From contig CAXXJJ010000004.1 of the NCBI GenBank assembly GCA_963667015.2, forward strand, positions 3,456,001 to 3,520,000: a stretch of DNA of 64,000 bases. Direction: 5' to 3'. The notes beneath the pieces were generated by a model. That model saw only the letters and a program-made list of their open reading frames with translations, did not search any database and had not been told where the DNA came from. Position numbers and translations under genes: made by a program. This DNA comes from Desulfatiglandales bacterium. GTDB lineage: Bacteria > Desulfobacterota > DSM-4660 > Desulfatiglandales > HGW-15. Positions 40,197 to 50,697 of the stretch are shown one piece after another (the stretch's first letter is position 1; every line of letters begins with the position of its first letter).

Positions 40197-41537
40197 TCAG
40201 TTTAATTCTCGTTCTATAATATCCGCGATATTTCTGGCATATTTTTCTATTTCTGCCTTATCTTTTCCCTCAACCATTACCCTGCAGAGCGGTTCGGTTC
40301 CTGAATACCTGACAAGGATTCTGCCGCTGCCGCCAAGTGCGGCCTCTGCTCTATCCATGGCCTGTTTTATTTCGGGTACGCCTGATATTTCCGGTTTATT
40401 TTTAACCTTAACATTAATAAGCACCTGGGGGTATATCCGCATGATGCCGGCCAATGCGGAAAGTGGTTTATCAGAAAAAGCGATGGCATTCAACAGTTGA
40501 AGGGCAGAAAGCATTCCGTCTCCGGTTGTGTGATCATTGGCAAAAATTATATGCCCTGAATCCTCACCGCCGATGGAGCTTCCAATCTCCCTCATTTTTT
40601 CCATGACAAGGCGATCGCCTACACCGGTTTTTTCATGGCTGATACCCATTTCCTTTAAGGCCGCACCGAGTCCCATGTTGCTCATTACAGTTGTTACCAC
40701 CGCGTTGTTTTTAAGCTCATTTCTTTCATGAAGCATTTTCGCACATATGGCAATAATCTGGTCCCCGGTAAGGGGTTTACCGGTTTCATCAACTGCAATA
40801 AGCCTGTCTGCATCCCCGTCAAATGCAAGGCCCAGATCGGCATTTTTTTTAATCACCCTTTTACTCAGCCCTTCAGTATGCTGGGAACCGCAGTTTTCGT
40901 TAATGTTTTTTCCGTCAGGTTGTGAAAATATTATGTCGGCCCTGACTCCAAGTGCATTAAAAAGATCAGGGGCAACATCTGATGCAGCGCCGTTTGAACA
41001 GTCAATAATTATTGAATACTCTTTAAGTTTTTCTGTATAATGGATGATATTCTTTAAAAATGCACTGTATTCATCCTTTGCATCTTCAATAGAGGTCAGG
41101 GATTCCAGATCCGGGATTTCCGGCTCGACAGTTTGATCGAGTATTTTGCCCTCAATCTCGTTCTCTTCTGCCTCGGAGAATTTAAACCCGTCACCTGAAA
41201 AGAGCTTAAAGCCATTATAGTCAAAGGGATTATGGGATGCGGATATAACAACTCCGGCGCCGCAGCCTGCTTTTTTTGCCAGAAAGGCAACACCCGGAGT
41301 AGGGATTACACCGGCCGATTTCACGGTACCCCCTGCTGCCAGGATGCCTGCTGAAACGGCCCTTTCAAGAACCTCTCCCGACTCCCTGGTATCCCGCCCG
41401 GTAATTATATCAGTGCTTTTTCCCCTGTCTTTACAGAAACCTACCAGAAAGTAGCCAAGCCTTTTACCTGTTTCAATATCGATAGGATATTGCCCTGCGA
41501 TTCCTCTTATTCCGTCTGTTCCGAATAGTTTTCCCAT
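40197..41537 (-). CDS. glmM: Phosphoglucosamine mutase
   Basis: FGTDGIRG, ISASHNP, FDGDADR, GGEDSGH, RYSGTEP. Confidence 0.95.
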   Translation of the reverse strand: MGKLFGTDGIRGIAGQYPIDIETGKRLGYFLVGFCKDRGKSTDIITGRDTRESGEVLERAVSAGILAAGGTVKSAGVIPTPGVAFLAKKAGCGAGVVISASHNPFDYNGFKLFSGDGFKFSEAEENEIEGKILDQTVEPEIPDLESLTSIEDAKDEYSAFLKNIIHYTEKLKEYSIIIDCSNGAASDVAPDLFNALGVRADIIFSQPDGKNINENCGSQHTEGLSKRVIKKNADLGLAFDGDADRLIAVDETGKPLTGDQIIAICAKMLHERNELKNNAVVTTVMSNMGLGAALKEMGISHEKTGVGDRLVMEKMREIGSSIGGEDSGHIIFANDHTTGDGMLSALQLLNAIAFSDKPLSALAGIMRIYPQVLINVKVKNKPEISGVPEIKQAMDRAEAALGGSGRILVRYSGTEPLCRVMVEGKDKAEIEKYARNIADIIERELN

Positions 41538-41550
41538 TTTCCTAACACTT

Positions 41551-42783
41551 TTAAAAAGAGGGTAAAAACTCCCAAACCCTGCCGTTAATACTGTCGACTA
41601 TTCCCTGAAGCCACTCCGTACCCTTTTGAGATTCTCCCTTTTCCAGGGACTTGACAGCTGTGATATAATTTTTTCCCTTCAGGGAAACGGCATTATCGAT
41701 TATTTCAATAAAATCATTTCTTGCCTGATTATCATCGATTCTTTCCAGGCACCCCTTGAGAAATTCTTCGATGTCAGGCCACTTTTCTCCATATTCCCTT
41801 TTTCTCAAAATCATTTTTTCAGAGGGATTGCCGGATATGGATTTCTGGATTTCTATGGATTCCGGCATTTTCCCTGCGATCTTCCTCAGCTGTTTTAACC
41901 GCTCATTGATTGCAGCATCCAGTTTATCAACCGCACCCCTGTGAAGTTCCCTTTCAAGATCGTCTTTAATAAATATTGACCGGATATCCATATACCAGGT
42001 CCTAAGGGCTGTGAGGCTGGCAATATAATTTATATTAAGCCTTATTATCCTTTGAAGATTTGAGTAAAGGTTTGCATGAAAGGGCATGGATCTGGCAATG
42101 GCAGGGCTGCCAAGAAGCATTGTATCCTCTTTATCTATATCCTTTCTTACAACAGTGCCGGCAGCAACTATAGTGCCGTATTCTATTGTTACAGGCCCGA
42201 CCATTCCCCCCTGTCCGCCAAGAAATATGGGCCTTTGATTTATCATGACACCCCTGGGAACATCTCCTATAAGGCTTGCGGTTGCCTTGTCCTGATTCTG
42301 GGTATAATTAAAGTGGATATAGGAACTCCCCACTTCGCTGTGGTTTTTGCTGTCAGTGCCCCCAGCCATGAGGCAGTCACAGAAATTGATAAGGCTTCCA
42401 AGGGTTACATATGGAAAAAGGATTGTCTGCTTAAGTCCGACAGTATGGGCTCCCCTGGCTCCTTCTTCAAGAAGGCATGCCTGCCTTATATGGGCACCCG
42501 AGCCCATGCTGGAGTTTTCCAGAAATGTCGATCCGAAGAAATAACCGCCGCCCAGTTCCACGTTTTTACCGATCTGGCAGTCATGGACAGTCGCCGGAGT
42601 TTCATATCCAAGCCTGGTCCCGGACATAATAAGTGTTTTTGGACCATAGAGTTTACAGCCCGAATGGATGGTAACATTATCCCCTGATATCCTGTCCGGG
42701 TTTATGTCATCACCGATTTCAACGCCCTCAGGACAGGGAATTTTAACGCCTTTTTTTATCAGAAGGTCTTTTATCTTCTCCAT
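41551..42783 (-). CDS. GlmU-related left-handed beta-helix (acetyltransferase-like) protein without the uridyltransferase domain
   Basis: Hexapeptide repeats, GAHIR...LLEE, AHTVGLK, LGSLINFCD; next to glmM; start at MEKIKD. Confidence 0.7.
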   Translation of the reverse strand: MEKIKDLLIKKGVKIPCPEGVEIGDDINPDRISGDNVTIHSGCKLYGPKTLIMSGTRLGYETPATVHDCQIGKNVELGGGYFFGSTFLENSSMGSGAHIRQACLLEEGARGAHTVGLKQTILFPYVTLGSLINFCDCLMAGGTDSKNHSEVGSSYIHFNYTQNQDKATASLIGDVPRGVMINQRPIFLGGQGGMVGPVTIEYGTIVAAGTVVRKDIDKEDTMLLGSPAIARSMPFHANLYSNLQRIIRLNINYIASLTALRTWYMDIRSIFIKDDLERELHRGAVDKLDAAINERLKQLRKIAGKMPESIEIQKSISGNPSEKMILRKREYGEKWPDIEEFLKGCLERIDDNQARNDFIEIIDNAVSLKGKNYITAVKSLEKGESQKGTEWLQGIVDSINGRVWEFLPSF

Positions 42784-42870
42784 AGATTTCCTTTGACTTG
42801 AGATAATTAAAAGAACGGTTTTTTCTAATATCATTTATTCCTTTTCCGATCAATTGATTTCCCTTTTATC

Positions 42871-42899
42871 TTGACCATGTTTAGATTCTTACCTATATT
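42871..42899 (+). promoter_or_regulatory. Putative sigma70 promoter for the thiolase operon
   Basis: TTGACC-N17-TATATT. Confidence 0.5.
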
Positions 42900-43009
42900 G
42901 AACAGCTTACGGGTCAAAGGCCCGAAGTTTTTTATCTTTCCTCCAGGCAGCGCCTGTTCAGGACATAATAAATTAACCGATATTATCGGACAAAAATGAG
43001 GAGGATTTT

Positions 43010-44182
43010 ATGGCAAAGAAAGTGGCAATTATAGGTGTCGGTCAGAGTGCCTTTGTGCGCGGATATCCCGGATCAATCAGGGAACTGGCCTTTGAAGGCT
43101 TTAGAGAGGCCATGCAGGACGCACAGATAGCAACAACTGATATTGATGCCTCAGTAATATGTTCTGCACCTGAATATGACAAGCAGAGATCACCGGCCGG
43201 TGTTTTAGCAGAATATCTTGGTTTAACTCCGCAGCCGACATTTTATGTAGAGACCCTCTGCTCTTCGAGCAGTACGGGCTTAAAGATAGCCTATTCACTG
43301 GTAGCATCAGGGCTGCATGACTGTGTTGCAGTAGTAGGTTTTCAGAAGATGTCAGAAATCACATCAGCCGAATCACAGGAAAGGATGGGAAGGGGCGCTG
43401 ATATCCAGTGGGAAAGCCCATTCGGAACAATGATGCCGGCATATTATGCAACATATGCAAGGGGGCATTTTACAAAATACGGTACAACACCCGATGATCT
43501 TGCCCTTATCAGGGTAAAGGCGGCTACATACGGCCAGATTAACGAAAAGGCTGTCTACAGAAAACCTGTTACATTTGAGATGTTCAGTGATCCTGAAAAC
43601 ACCATGTCAGGACCGGTTGCAAGCCCCTTAAGGGTTGGAGACTGCTGCGCAAATGCCGACGGAAGTTCGTGCCTTATAGTTGCCAGTGAAGAAAAGGCAA
43701 AAACATTCTGTAAAAAACCGGTCTGGATCAAGGGTATCGGCGCGGCCTCAACGGCAGTAAATCTTGCCAACAGGGACCTGTTCTCGGGCCTGACCGTAGG
43801 AATGGAAGCCGGAAGGCAGGCATATGAAATGGCAGGAATTGGACCAAAGGACATTGATGTCGCCGAAGTTCATGACTGTTTTACAATAGCCGAGATGATG
43901 GCCTATGAAAACCTTGGTTTTGCAAAACCTGGTGAAGGTAAGGACCTCATAAGAGGAAAGGAAACCTACAAGGAAGGAAGCATTCCGGTTAATGTAGACG
44001 GCGGTCTTCTTTCAAAGGGGCATCCGATCGGAGCCACAGGCGGATCACAGGTAAGGACCATTGTTCTCCAGTTAAGGGACGAGGCCGGCGACATGCAGGT
44101 AAAGGATCCTCAATTCGGTCTGATACATAATATAGGCGGCGTTGGCCTTTACGGTAACGTTACAATACTGGGGAGGGACTAA
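43010..44182 (+). CDS. Thiolase family protein (SCP-x/archaeal-type acetyl-CoA acetyltransferase)
   Basis: ETLCSSS, AEVHDCF, NVDGGLLSKGHPIGATG, HNIGG. Confidence 0.92.
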   Translation: MAKKVAIIGVGQSAFVRGYPGSIRELAFEGFREAMQDAQIATTDIDASVICSAPEYDKQRSPAGVLAEYLGLTPQPTFYVETLCSSSSTGLKIAYSLVASGLHDCVAVVGFQKMSEITSAESQERMGRGADIQWESPFGTMMPAYYATYARGHFTKYGTTPDDLALIRVKAATYGQINEKAVYRKPVTFEMFSDPENTMSGPVASPLRVGDCCANADGSSCLIVASEEKAKTFCKKPVWIKGIGAASTAVNLANRDLFSGLTVGMEAGRQAYEMAGIGPKDIDVAEVHDCFTIAEMMAYENLGFAKPGEGKDLIRGKETYKEGSIPVNVDGGLLSKGHPIGATGGSQVRTIVLQLRDEAGDMQVKDPQFGLIHNIGGVGLYGNVTILGRD

Positions 44183-44183
44183 A

Positions 44184-44615
44184 ATGGCTAAAAAAGAAAT
44201 TGATGTAAGATTCAACAAGTTCGGGACAGTAAGCTTTACCTCTACATCCAAGGTAAATGATTTTATAGACAAACTGGAAGCGGGAAAGGTATCAGGAACC
44301 GTGTGCAAGGACTGCGGCACCAAGTTTTTTCCGCCAAGGGCCGACTGCTATAAATGTCTGACCAGCAATATGGACTGGTTTGATGTGGACGGCACCGGTA
44401 AACTTATAACCTACAGCAAGCTTGAATATGCGCCCATCGGTTTTGAGAATGATCTGCCATACTGCATCGCAGTGGTTGATTTTGGCGAATACAAGGTCTT
44501 TGGAAGGATCAGCAGCGACCTGACCGATGATGAGGTCAAGGCCGGCATGGATCTGAAGGCCGTTGTGAACAAGCTTCCCAATGGTCAGCTTAACTATGTT
44601 TTTCAGAAGGCATAA
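44184..44615 (+). CDS. DUF35 Zn-ribbon/OB-fold protein (thiolase partner)
   Basis: CKDCG..FFPPRADCYKC, G.L.TYS, PY...VV. Confidence 0.9.
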   Translation: MAKKEIDVRFNKFGTVSFTSTSKVNDFIDKLEAGKVSGTVCKDCGTKFFPPRADCYKCLTSNMDWFDVDGTGKLITYSKLEYAPIGFENDLPYCIAVVDFGEYKVFGRISSDLTDDEVKAGMDLKAVVNKLPNGQLNYVFQKA

Positions 44616-44624
44616 TAATTATTC

Positions 44625-44653
44625 GTAGAGACAGGGAACTTCCCTGTCTCTGT
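44625..44653. repeat. GTAG-type REP-like palindrome / terminator
   Basis: GTAGAGACAGGGAA-C-TTCCCTGTCTCTGT. Confidence 0.7.
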
Positions 44654-44715
44654 TATTTATCGCCATACCCTGTTTAATTACAGTGGTATGGCGAACTACT
44701 TTATACAGGTATTTA

Positions 44716-45612
44716 ATGGATAACAGTTACGGCAATAATGAACACCCGGGATGGCTGGAGATTACAATAAATATTGATCCTTCGGCCCGTGAAGCGTGCA
44801 GCGCCTTTCTTATGGATATGGGCTGTGACGGTGTAGTATCGGAAGATTTTGAGGATGCCCTTATGAAGGCATATCTCCCAATGGAAAACAACATTGAAGA
44901 GGTAAAGGTCAGTATCAATGCCTTTCTTGAAAACCTGACCGAAATATTTCCGGAAATTCCAAAACCCGTCCTGAATGTTGAACTGATTGCAAATCAGGAC
45001 TGGGGAACAAGCTGGCGCAGCTTTTTTTATCTGGAAGAAATAACTGATAATCTCATGATTCTGCCCGCCTGGGAGGAAATGCCCGACCCGGTTAAATGTC
45101 ATGTGATAAGAATTGATCCCGGAACAGCCTTTGGAACCGGAAAGCATGAAACCACCCGGATGTGCCTTCAGGCAATTGAAGAGAATGTGCCTGATAAGCC
45201 CTGGACCATGCTCGATGTTGGCACAGGCAGCGGTATCCTCTCTGTTTACGGGGCAATGCTCGGAGCAAGGGAGATTACTGCAATCGATATCGATCCGGAA
45301 GCAGTAAGGTGGGCTGAAAAAAATATAGAGCTTAACGAGATTCCGATTAAAATTGATCTATCTACAACTCCCCTTGAAGAAATAGACAAAGAATATGATG
45401 TTGTTGCGGCCAACCTCATAAAAAATACCATCCTTGAGCTTAATCCTCTCTTTCCAAAGGTGATGGCCCCTGACGGATTAATGATCATGTCAGGCCTTCT
45501 CTCAGGCCAGGTGGCGGATATTGAGGAAGATTTAAAAAAATACGGGCTTAAAAAAATCCATGCGTCAATTATGGGTGAATGGTCCTGTCTTCTGGTTAAA
45601 AAGTCGGATTAG
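44716..45612 (+). CDS. prmA: Ribosomal protein L11 methyltransferase
   Basis: DW..SW, IDPGTAFGTGKHETTRMCL, LDVGTGSGIL, DIDPEAV, VAANL, MSGLL. Confidence 0.95.
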   Translation: MDNSYGNNEHPGWLEITINIDPSAREACSAFLMDMGCDGVVSEDFEDALMKAYLPMENNIEEVKVSINAFLENLTEIFPEIPKPVLNVELIANQDWGTSWRSFFYLEEITDNLMILPAWEEMPDPVKCHVIRIDPGTAFGTGKHETTRMCLQAIEENVPDKPWTMLDVGTGSGILSVYGAMLGAREITAIDIDPEAVRWAEKNIELNEIPIKIDLSTTPLEEIDKEYDVVAANLIKNTILELNPLFPKVMAPDGLMIMSGLLSGQVADIEEDLKKYGLKKIHASIMGEWSCLLVKKSD

Positions 45613-45633
45613 AGACGCTTTATGCCGTCTCTA
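45610..45633. repeat. REP-like hairpin at the prmA stop
   Basis: TAGAGACG...CGTCTCTA, same family as 34527 and 44625. Confidence 0.55.
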
Positions 45634-45794
45634 TAATCTCTGTCTGCATTATCAAAATCCGGGTCAAGGTACCCAGTGGTAAAGACAGGTTGGAGATATC
45701 TCAACGGGCATCCTTCAAAAATCTGCGATCAATAGCATATATCGAAGGTTTTGGGTGCTTTCCTGCGGATACAATGGCATAGAGTTATTTCACA

Positions 45795-45823
45795 TTGACA
45801 TACAATTCCCAACTCCATATACT
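45795..45823 (+). promoter_or_regulatory. sigma70 promoter for the peptide ABC operon
   Basis: TTGACA-N17-TATACT. Confidence 0.7.
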
Positions 45824-45883
45824 CCATTCCTTAAAAAGGTAATTGTTATCGATACAATAAATGCGAGTTTTATTGATTAGATA

Positions 45884-47710
45884 GTGTCTTTTAACATACA
45901 AAAATATGTCCCCTTCGGGAAAAATCTGTTTGCTGTCTTTTTTGCGGTCCTGCTTTTAACAGGCTGTCCAAAACCCTTTGAAGACCGGGCAAAAGATACC
46001 AGTGTTTTTCGCTTCTCTGAAAATGGCGCCCCTGTAACAATGGATCCTGTTCAGTCATCGACACAATATGCCAACCTGATGACGACTACCATTTACGATC
46101 AGCTTTATGATTACAAATACCTAGCAAGGCCCTACGAGCTTAAACCGCGCCTTGCCGTCGCCATGCCGGATGTCAGTGAGGATGGCCTTGTCTACACCTT
46201 CCGGATAAGGAAAGGGGTTTATTATACTGATAATCCATGTTTCCAGGGAGGCAAAGGCAGGGAAGTTGTTGTCGGGGACCTCATTTACAGTATAAAACGG
46301 ATGTTTGATCCGACAAACATTCCCCAGGGTGCCTGGCTCTGGCAGGGCAGGATTGTTGGATTGGATGAATGGAAAGAGGCCGGCAGTGATTACTCAAAAC
46401 CCATCGAAGGTTTAAAGGCGCTGGATCCATATACCCTGCAGATCAGGCTTATCGAGCCGTATCCCCAGCTTATTTATACACTGGCTATGGGGTATTCTTC
46501 ATTTATACCCCGGGAAACCGTGGATTATTATGGGGAGGAATTCGGAATCAACCCCGTAGGAAGCGGTCCCTATCAGCTCGTATCATTCTCCACCAAGAAA
46601 GCCAAGCTCGTCCGGAATCCCAAATACCGCGAGGAATATTTTGACCTGGAATACGAAGGCTACGATCCGAAAACTCAAAAGTGGGCAAACCTTGAGATGC
46701 TCCAGGGGAGAAAAATGCCCATAATGGATACTGTAGAGGTCCATTTCATGGAACAGTCCATGACCCGCTGGAATTCCCTGAATAAGGGGAATGAGATCCA
46801 ACTGGGGACCATTCCCATTGAGCTGACTCACATGGTTGCAGAAGAGTTGAAACCTCTTAAATTGAAACCTGAATATGCCGAAAAATTTATCGGCATGAAT
46901 TTGCCGCAATTCGAGTTTGTGTATTTAAACTTCAACATGGATGACCCGGCCATCGGATATCATCCGGACCCTGAACAGAACCACAGGAATCTGCTTTTAA
47001 GGCGGGCCATTCGGTACGGGTATAACTGGGACCAGCGCAACCGGCGCTTTTACAACGGCATCGCCCTGGTCTTTCCCGGAGTAATCACCGCTGGTCTGGA
47101 TGCCTACGATGAGAACCTTTCCAGGGATTCCATCACCTACGATGTTGAAAAGGCCAAAGCGCTTCTTGCGGAAGGAGGCTGGACAGCCGAAAACCTGCCG
47201 GTTCTGGGTTATTCCGGCGTCTCGTCGGTGCGCAACACGCAGTTTTATGAACAGTTTAGGGGCTGGATGGAAAAGATCGGATACCCCAGAGAAAAAATAA
47301 CCTATTCCCCCTATGCAACCTTCGGTGATTTCAGCAAGGCGGTAAAACAGAAGGAGTGCATGCTCATTGGAATGGCCTGGGGGTTGGATTATCCCGACAG
47401 TGAAAATGTCCTCCAGCTCTTCTATGGGCCAAACCAGAGCCCCGGATCAAACTCTGCAAACTTTGATGACCCGAAGTATAATGAACTTTTTGAAAGAGCG
47501 AAAACCTTGCAGCCCGGGCCCGAACGAACAGCCGTTTACAGGGAGTTGAACAGGATTATCATTGATCAGGTGCCTTCCATCTGCGGGCTGACGCGAAACG
47601 TGCCCTATATCTGGCATAAAAATGTTGTTTTTTATCCATCCAGGAACCCCCATGGCAGTCTTTTGAAATATGCCTATGTATTTGATTCAGGAGAACTCAC
47701 AAATGATTAA
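45884..47710 (+). CDS. Peptide/nickel ABC transporter substrate-binding lipoprotein (family 5)
   Basis: Lipobox LLTGC; MDP, P.LA..MP.VSEDGLVYTF, PVGSGPY, W..DYPD. Confidence 0.92.
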   Translation: MSFNIQKYVPFGKNLFAVFFAVLLLTGCPKPFEDRAKDTSVFRFSENGAPVTMDPVQSSTQYANLMTTTIYDQLYDYKYLARPYELKPRLAVAMPDVSEDGLVYTFRIRKGVYYTDNPCFQGGKGREVVVGDLIYSIKRMFDPTNIPQGAWLWQGRIVGLDEWKEAGSDYSKPIEGLKALDPYTLQIRLIEPYPQLIYTLAMGYSSFIPRETVDYYGEEFGINPVGSGPYQLVSFSTKKAKLVRNPKYREEYFDLEYEGYDPKTQKWANLEMLQGRKMPIMDTVEVHFMEQSMTRWNSLNKGNEIQLGTIPIELTHMVAEELKPLKLKPEYAEKFIGMNLPQFEFVYLNFNMDDPAIGYHPDPEQNHRNLLLRRAIRYGYNWDQRNRRFYNGIALVFPGVITAGLDAYDENLSRDSITYDVEKAKALLAEGGWTAENLPVLGYSGVSSVRNTQFYEQFRGWMEKIGYPREKITYSPYATFGDFSKAVKQKECMLIGMAWGLDYPDSENVLQLFYGPNQSPGSNSANFDDPKYNELFERAKTLQPGPERTAVYRELNRIIIDQVPSICGLTRNVPYIWHKNVVFYPSRNPHGSLLKYAYVFDSGELTND

Positions 47711-47727
47711 CAGCAGCCGGATATAAA

Positions 47728-48729
47728 ATGGAAACTCTTCGCTACGCGCTCAGAAAATTCGTTTACTCCATCCCGCTGCTTTTTGGCGTTATGCTGATCA
47801 GTTTTCTTTTAATGGTCTACTTCGGACCGGAGCAGACTTTTTCCATACTGGGGAAAAACGCAACCGCCCAGCAGATTGCCGAAGTCCGTCATCAGTTAGG
47901 GTATGACCAGGGTTTCTTTGTACGCTTTTTCATGTTTCTGAAAGAATTTTTTACCTTTGACTTTGGCAATTCCATTTCTTCCGGTGAAAAGGTTTCATCC
48001 ATTCTCTCAAAGACGGTACCTGTTTCCTTCATGGTCGCCCTTCCCGGCTTTATCCTGTCAAATGTCCTCGGTATTTCCCTTGCGCTTGTGGCCGCCTATT
48101 ACCGCGGGAAATGGGCCGACAAACTCATCATGGTCTTCTCCGTGGTGGGGATGAGCATCAGTATTATCATGGTGCTGATCGGTTTTCAGGTTCTGTTTTG
48201 CACATCCTATGGACTGAACTGGTTTCCTGTTCAGGGGTGGGTTGAACCGCCGCTGGACTACCCGGATGCAACGGGATGGGAAATTGCATACTACTACTGG
48301 TATTATTACTGGTATTATGTGACCGTGCCTGTGCTGGCCCAGGTGTTTGTGGCGCTGGGTTACAATACGCGATTTTTCAGGGCGGTTATTGTCGAAGAGA
48401 TGAACCGTGATTATGTGAGAACAGCCCGCGCCTTTGGAGTGGGGCCGGTAAAGCTGCTGCTCAAGCATGTCCTGAAAAATTCACTGATACCCATTGCAAC
48501 ACGCATCATTATCACCATACCTTTCATCATTATCGCCGGAAATCTGGTTCTGGAAGGTTTCTTCAGCATTCCCGGTGTGGGATATGTGACATTCAATGCC
48601 ATCACCAATGGTGATTTGCCCATTGTAAAAGCCGTTGTGACCTGCACGGCCGTAATGTATATTGTCGCCCTGATCGCAACCGATATCACTTACAAACTTA
48701 TTGATCCGAGAATATCCTATGACCGATAG
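47728..48729 (+). CDS. Peptide ABC transporter permease (OppB/DppB-like)
   Basis: DFGNS, DYVRTARAFG..HVLKN EAA loop, DPRI. Confidence 0.92.
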   Translation: METLRYALRKFVYSIPLLFGVMLISFLLMVYFGPEQTFSILGKNATAQQIAEVRHQLGYDQGFFVRFFMFLKEFFTFDFGNSISSGEKVSSILSKTVPVSFMVALPGFILSNVLGISLALVAAYYRGKWADKLIMVFSVVGMSISIIMVLIGFQVLFCTSYGLNWFPVQGWVEPPLDYPDATGWEIAYYYWYYYWYYVTVPVLAQVFVALGYNTRFFRAVIVEEMNRDYVRTARAFGVGPVKLLLKHVLKNSLIPIATRIIITIPFIIIAGNLVLEGFFSIPGVGYVTFNAITNGDLPIVKAVVTCTAVMYIVALIATDITYKLIDPRISYDR

Positions 48730-48738
48730 GGAAACAGC

Positions 48739-49611
48739 ATGAGTGCAACGGAAATAACCCGAAAAGAATCACTCTGGACAAAGAGTTTTCGCAAATTGCT
48801 GCGGGACCGGTTCGGGGTGGCTGCCATGGTCATCGTGGGGATTTATCTGCTCATTGCCATCGGGGTCTGGAGCGGCTATCTGGCCCAGGATTGGAGCGGC
48901 CTGCGTGATGAGGGGTATGCCGGGTTTTCATGGGAACACCCCTTCGGGACCAATATTAATGGCCAGGACATTTTTCAGCGCGGGATTCAGGGGACCCGAA
49001 CAGCCTTTGAAGTCGGTTTTGTCGTAGCGGTTATATCGACACTGATCGGAGGTATTCTGGGCGCCATTGCCGGTTTCTTTAACAGGCGGCTTATCGATGA
49101 AATCATCATGTGGCTCTATGGATGTATAGATGCCATCCCCTTCTATCTTTTTGTCGCGGCGATTGGTTTTGCACTGAAGGATCAGCCCTATGCAATGCAT
49201 ATCGCTATGGTTTCGACTTTCTGGTCCAGCACCTGCCGAATTGTTCGCGGTGAAGTGATTAAAATCAGGGGATTGGAATATGTCCAGGCTGCCCATGCCA
49301 TCGGCGTTCATCCTCTCAGGATCATTTCACGTCACATTATCCCTAACATTTTTCACCTGATGCTGATCCAGGCCACAATTGCATTTGTAAGCGCAATCAA
49401 GAGTGAAGTAGTCCTCACATTCCTTGGCCTGGGAATCAAGGACGGAGTGAGCTGGGGAGTCATGCTCTCCGAATCTATCAATGATGTGCTGCGGGGCCAT
49501 TTTGGGAATTTCCTCGCGGCATCCGTGTTTCTGTTTATCCTTGTTATGGCATTCAACCTTTTCGCCGACGCGCTTCAGGACGCGCTTGACCCGAAAAAAA
49601 TCTCTAACTGA
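48739..49611 (+). CDS. Peptide ABC transporter permease (OppC/DppC-like)
   Basis: HPFGT..GQDIF, EYVQAAHAIG..HIIPN, FLGLG, DALDP. Confidence 0.92.
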   Translation: MSATEITRKESLWTKSFRKLLRDRFGVAAMVIVGIYLLIAIGVWSGYLAQDWSGLRDEGYAGFSWEHPFGTNINGQDIFQRGIQGTRTAFEVGFVVAVISTLIGGILGAIAGFFNRRLIDEIIMWLYGCIDAIPFYLFVAAIGFALKDQPYAMHIAMVSTFWSSTCRIVRGEVIKIRGLEYVQAAHAIGVHPLRIISRHIIPNIFHLMLIQATIAFVSAIKSEVVLTFLGLGIKDGVSWGVMLSESINDVLRGHFGNFLAASVFLFILVMAFNLFADALQDALDPKKISN

Positions 49612-49623
49612 GCCCTATAAAGT

Positions 49624-50622
49624 ATGGAAATAACACAGCCTCGACAAACTGAAAATTCGCCCTTACTCTCAGTAAAGGATTTAACTGTTGAGTTTAAAAC
49701 AGAGAAAGGTGTGGTTCGGGCAGTTGACGGCGTTTCTTTTGATCTGGCAGGCGGCGAGCCCCTGGGAATAGTAGGCGAATCCGGATGCGGAAAGTCAGTA
49801 ACCGCTTTGTCCCTGCTCAAACTGATACCGAGTCCGCCGGGCCGGATTGCAGGCGGTGAGATTCTACTGGATGGACAGAATATCGTTCCGCTTTCCGATT
49901 CCCGGATGCGCGGCCTTCGCGGCAATAAGATATCCATGATTTTTCAGGAGCCGATGACAGCGCTCAATCCGGTTTTTACCATCGGAAATCAGATGATAGA
50001 AATTCTGCGAATTCACAAAAACATTTCGCGCCAGGAAGCACGGAATCAGGCCCTTGAGATACTTAATACCGTTGAAATTGAATCGCCGGAAAAACGCATC
50101 AATCAATACCCCCATGAGCTGTCCGGAGGGATGCGGCAGCGTGTCATGATTGCCATGGCATTGTCATGTAATCCCAGGATACTGGTCGCGGATGAACCGA
50201 CTACGGCCCTGGATGTAACCGTCCAGGCCCAGGTTATGGATGAAATAAAACGGCTCCAGAAGAAGCTGGATATGGCGGTCATTCTCATTACCCATGATCT
50301 GGGGGTAATTGCAGAATTCTGCCGAAGAGTCATTGTTATGTACTGCGGTAAGATTGTGGAAATTGCAGATACCGAAAGCCTCTTCAAGGCCCCCCGCCAT
50401 CCCTATACCAGAGGATTGATGGATTCCATTCCCAGAATTCGTGAACAGAAACTGGAGAAACTGCCCACAATTCAGGGGATGGTGCCTGATCTGGCTGATT
50501 TACCAGAAGGGTGCCGGTATGCCGACAGGTGTCCGAAAGTCAAAGAGAGATGCCGCAAAAGTGAACCGGTCCTTGAAAAGGATTTAACAAACAGAGGTGT
50601 AAGCTGTTTTTATCCGAACTGA
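49624..50622 (+). CDS. Peptide ABC transporter ATPase (OppD/DppD-like)
   Basis: GESGCGKS, LSGGMRQR, ADEPTTALD, HPYT, C-terminal Cys cluster. Confidence 0.94.
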   Translation: MEITQPRQTENSPLLSVKDLTVEFKTEKGVVRAVDGVSFDLAGGEPLGIVGESGCGKSVTALSLLKLIPSPPGRIAGGEILLDGQNIVPLSDSRMRGLRGNKISMIFQEPMTALNPVFTIGNQMIEILRIHKNISRQEARNQALEILNTVEIESPEKRINQYPHELSGGMRQRVMIAMALSCNPRILVADEPTTALDVTVQAQVMDEIKRLQKKLDMAVILITHDLGVIAEFCRRVIVMYCGKIVEIADTESLFKAPRHPYTRGLMDSIPRIREQKLEKLPTIQGMVPDLADLPEGCRYADRCPKVKERCRKSEPVLEKDLTNRGVSCFYPN

Positions 50623-50697
50623 ACCCTGGTAAATTCGTGAAAAAGAAAGGTAGTTTTATGATGTCGTTAACCTTTATCCGGAGCGGATGTTAATTCC

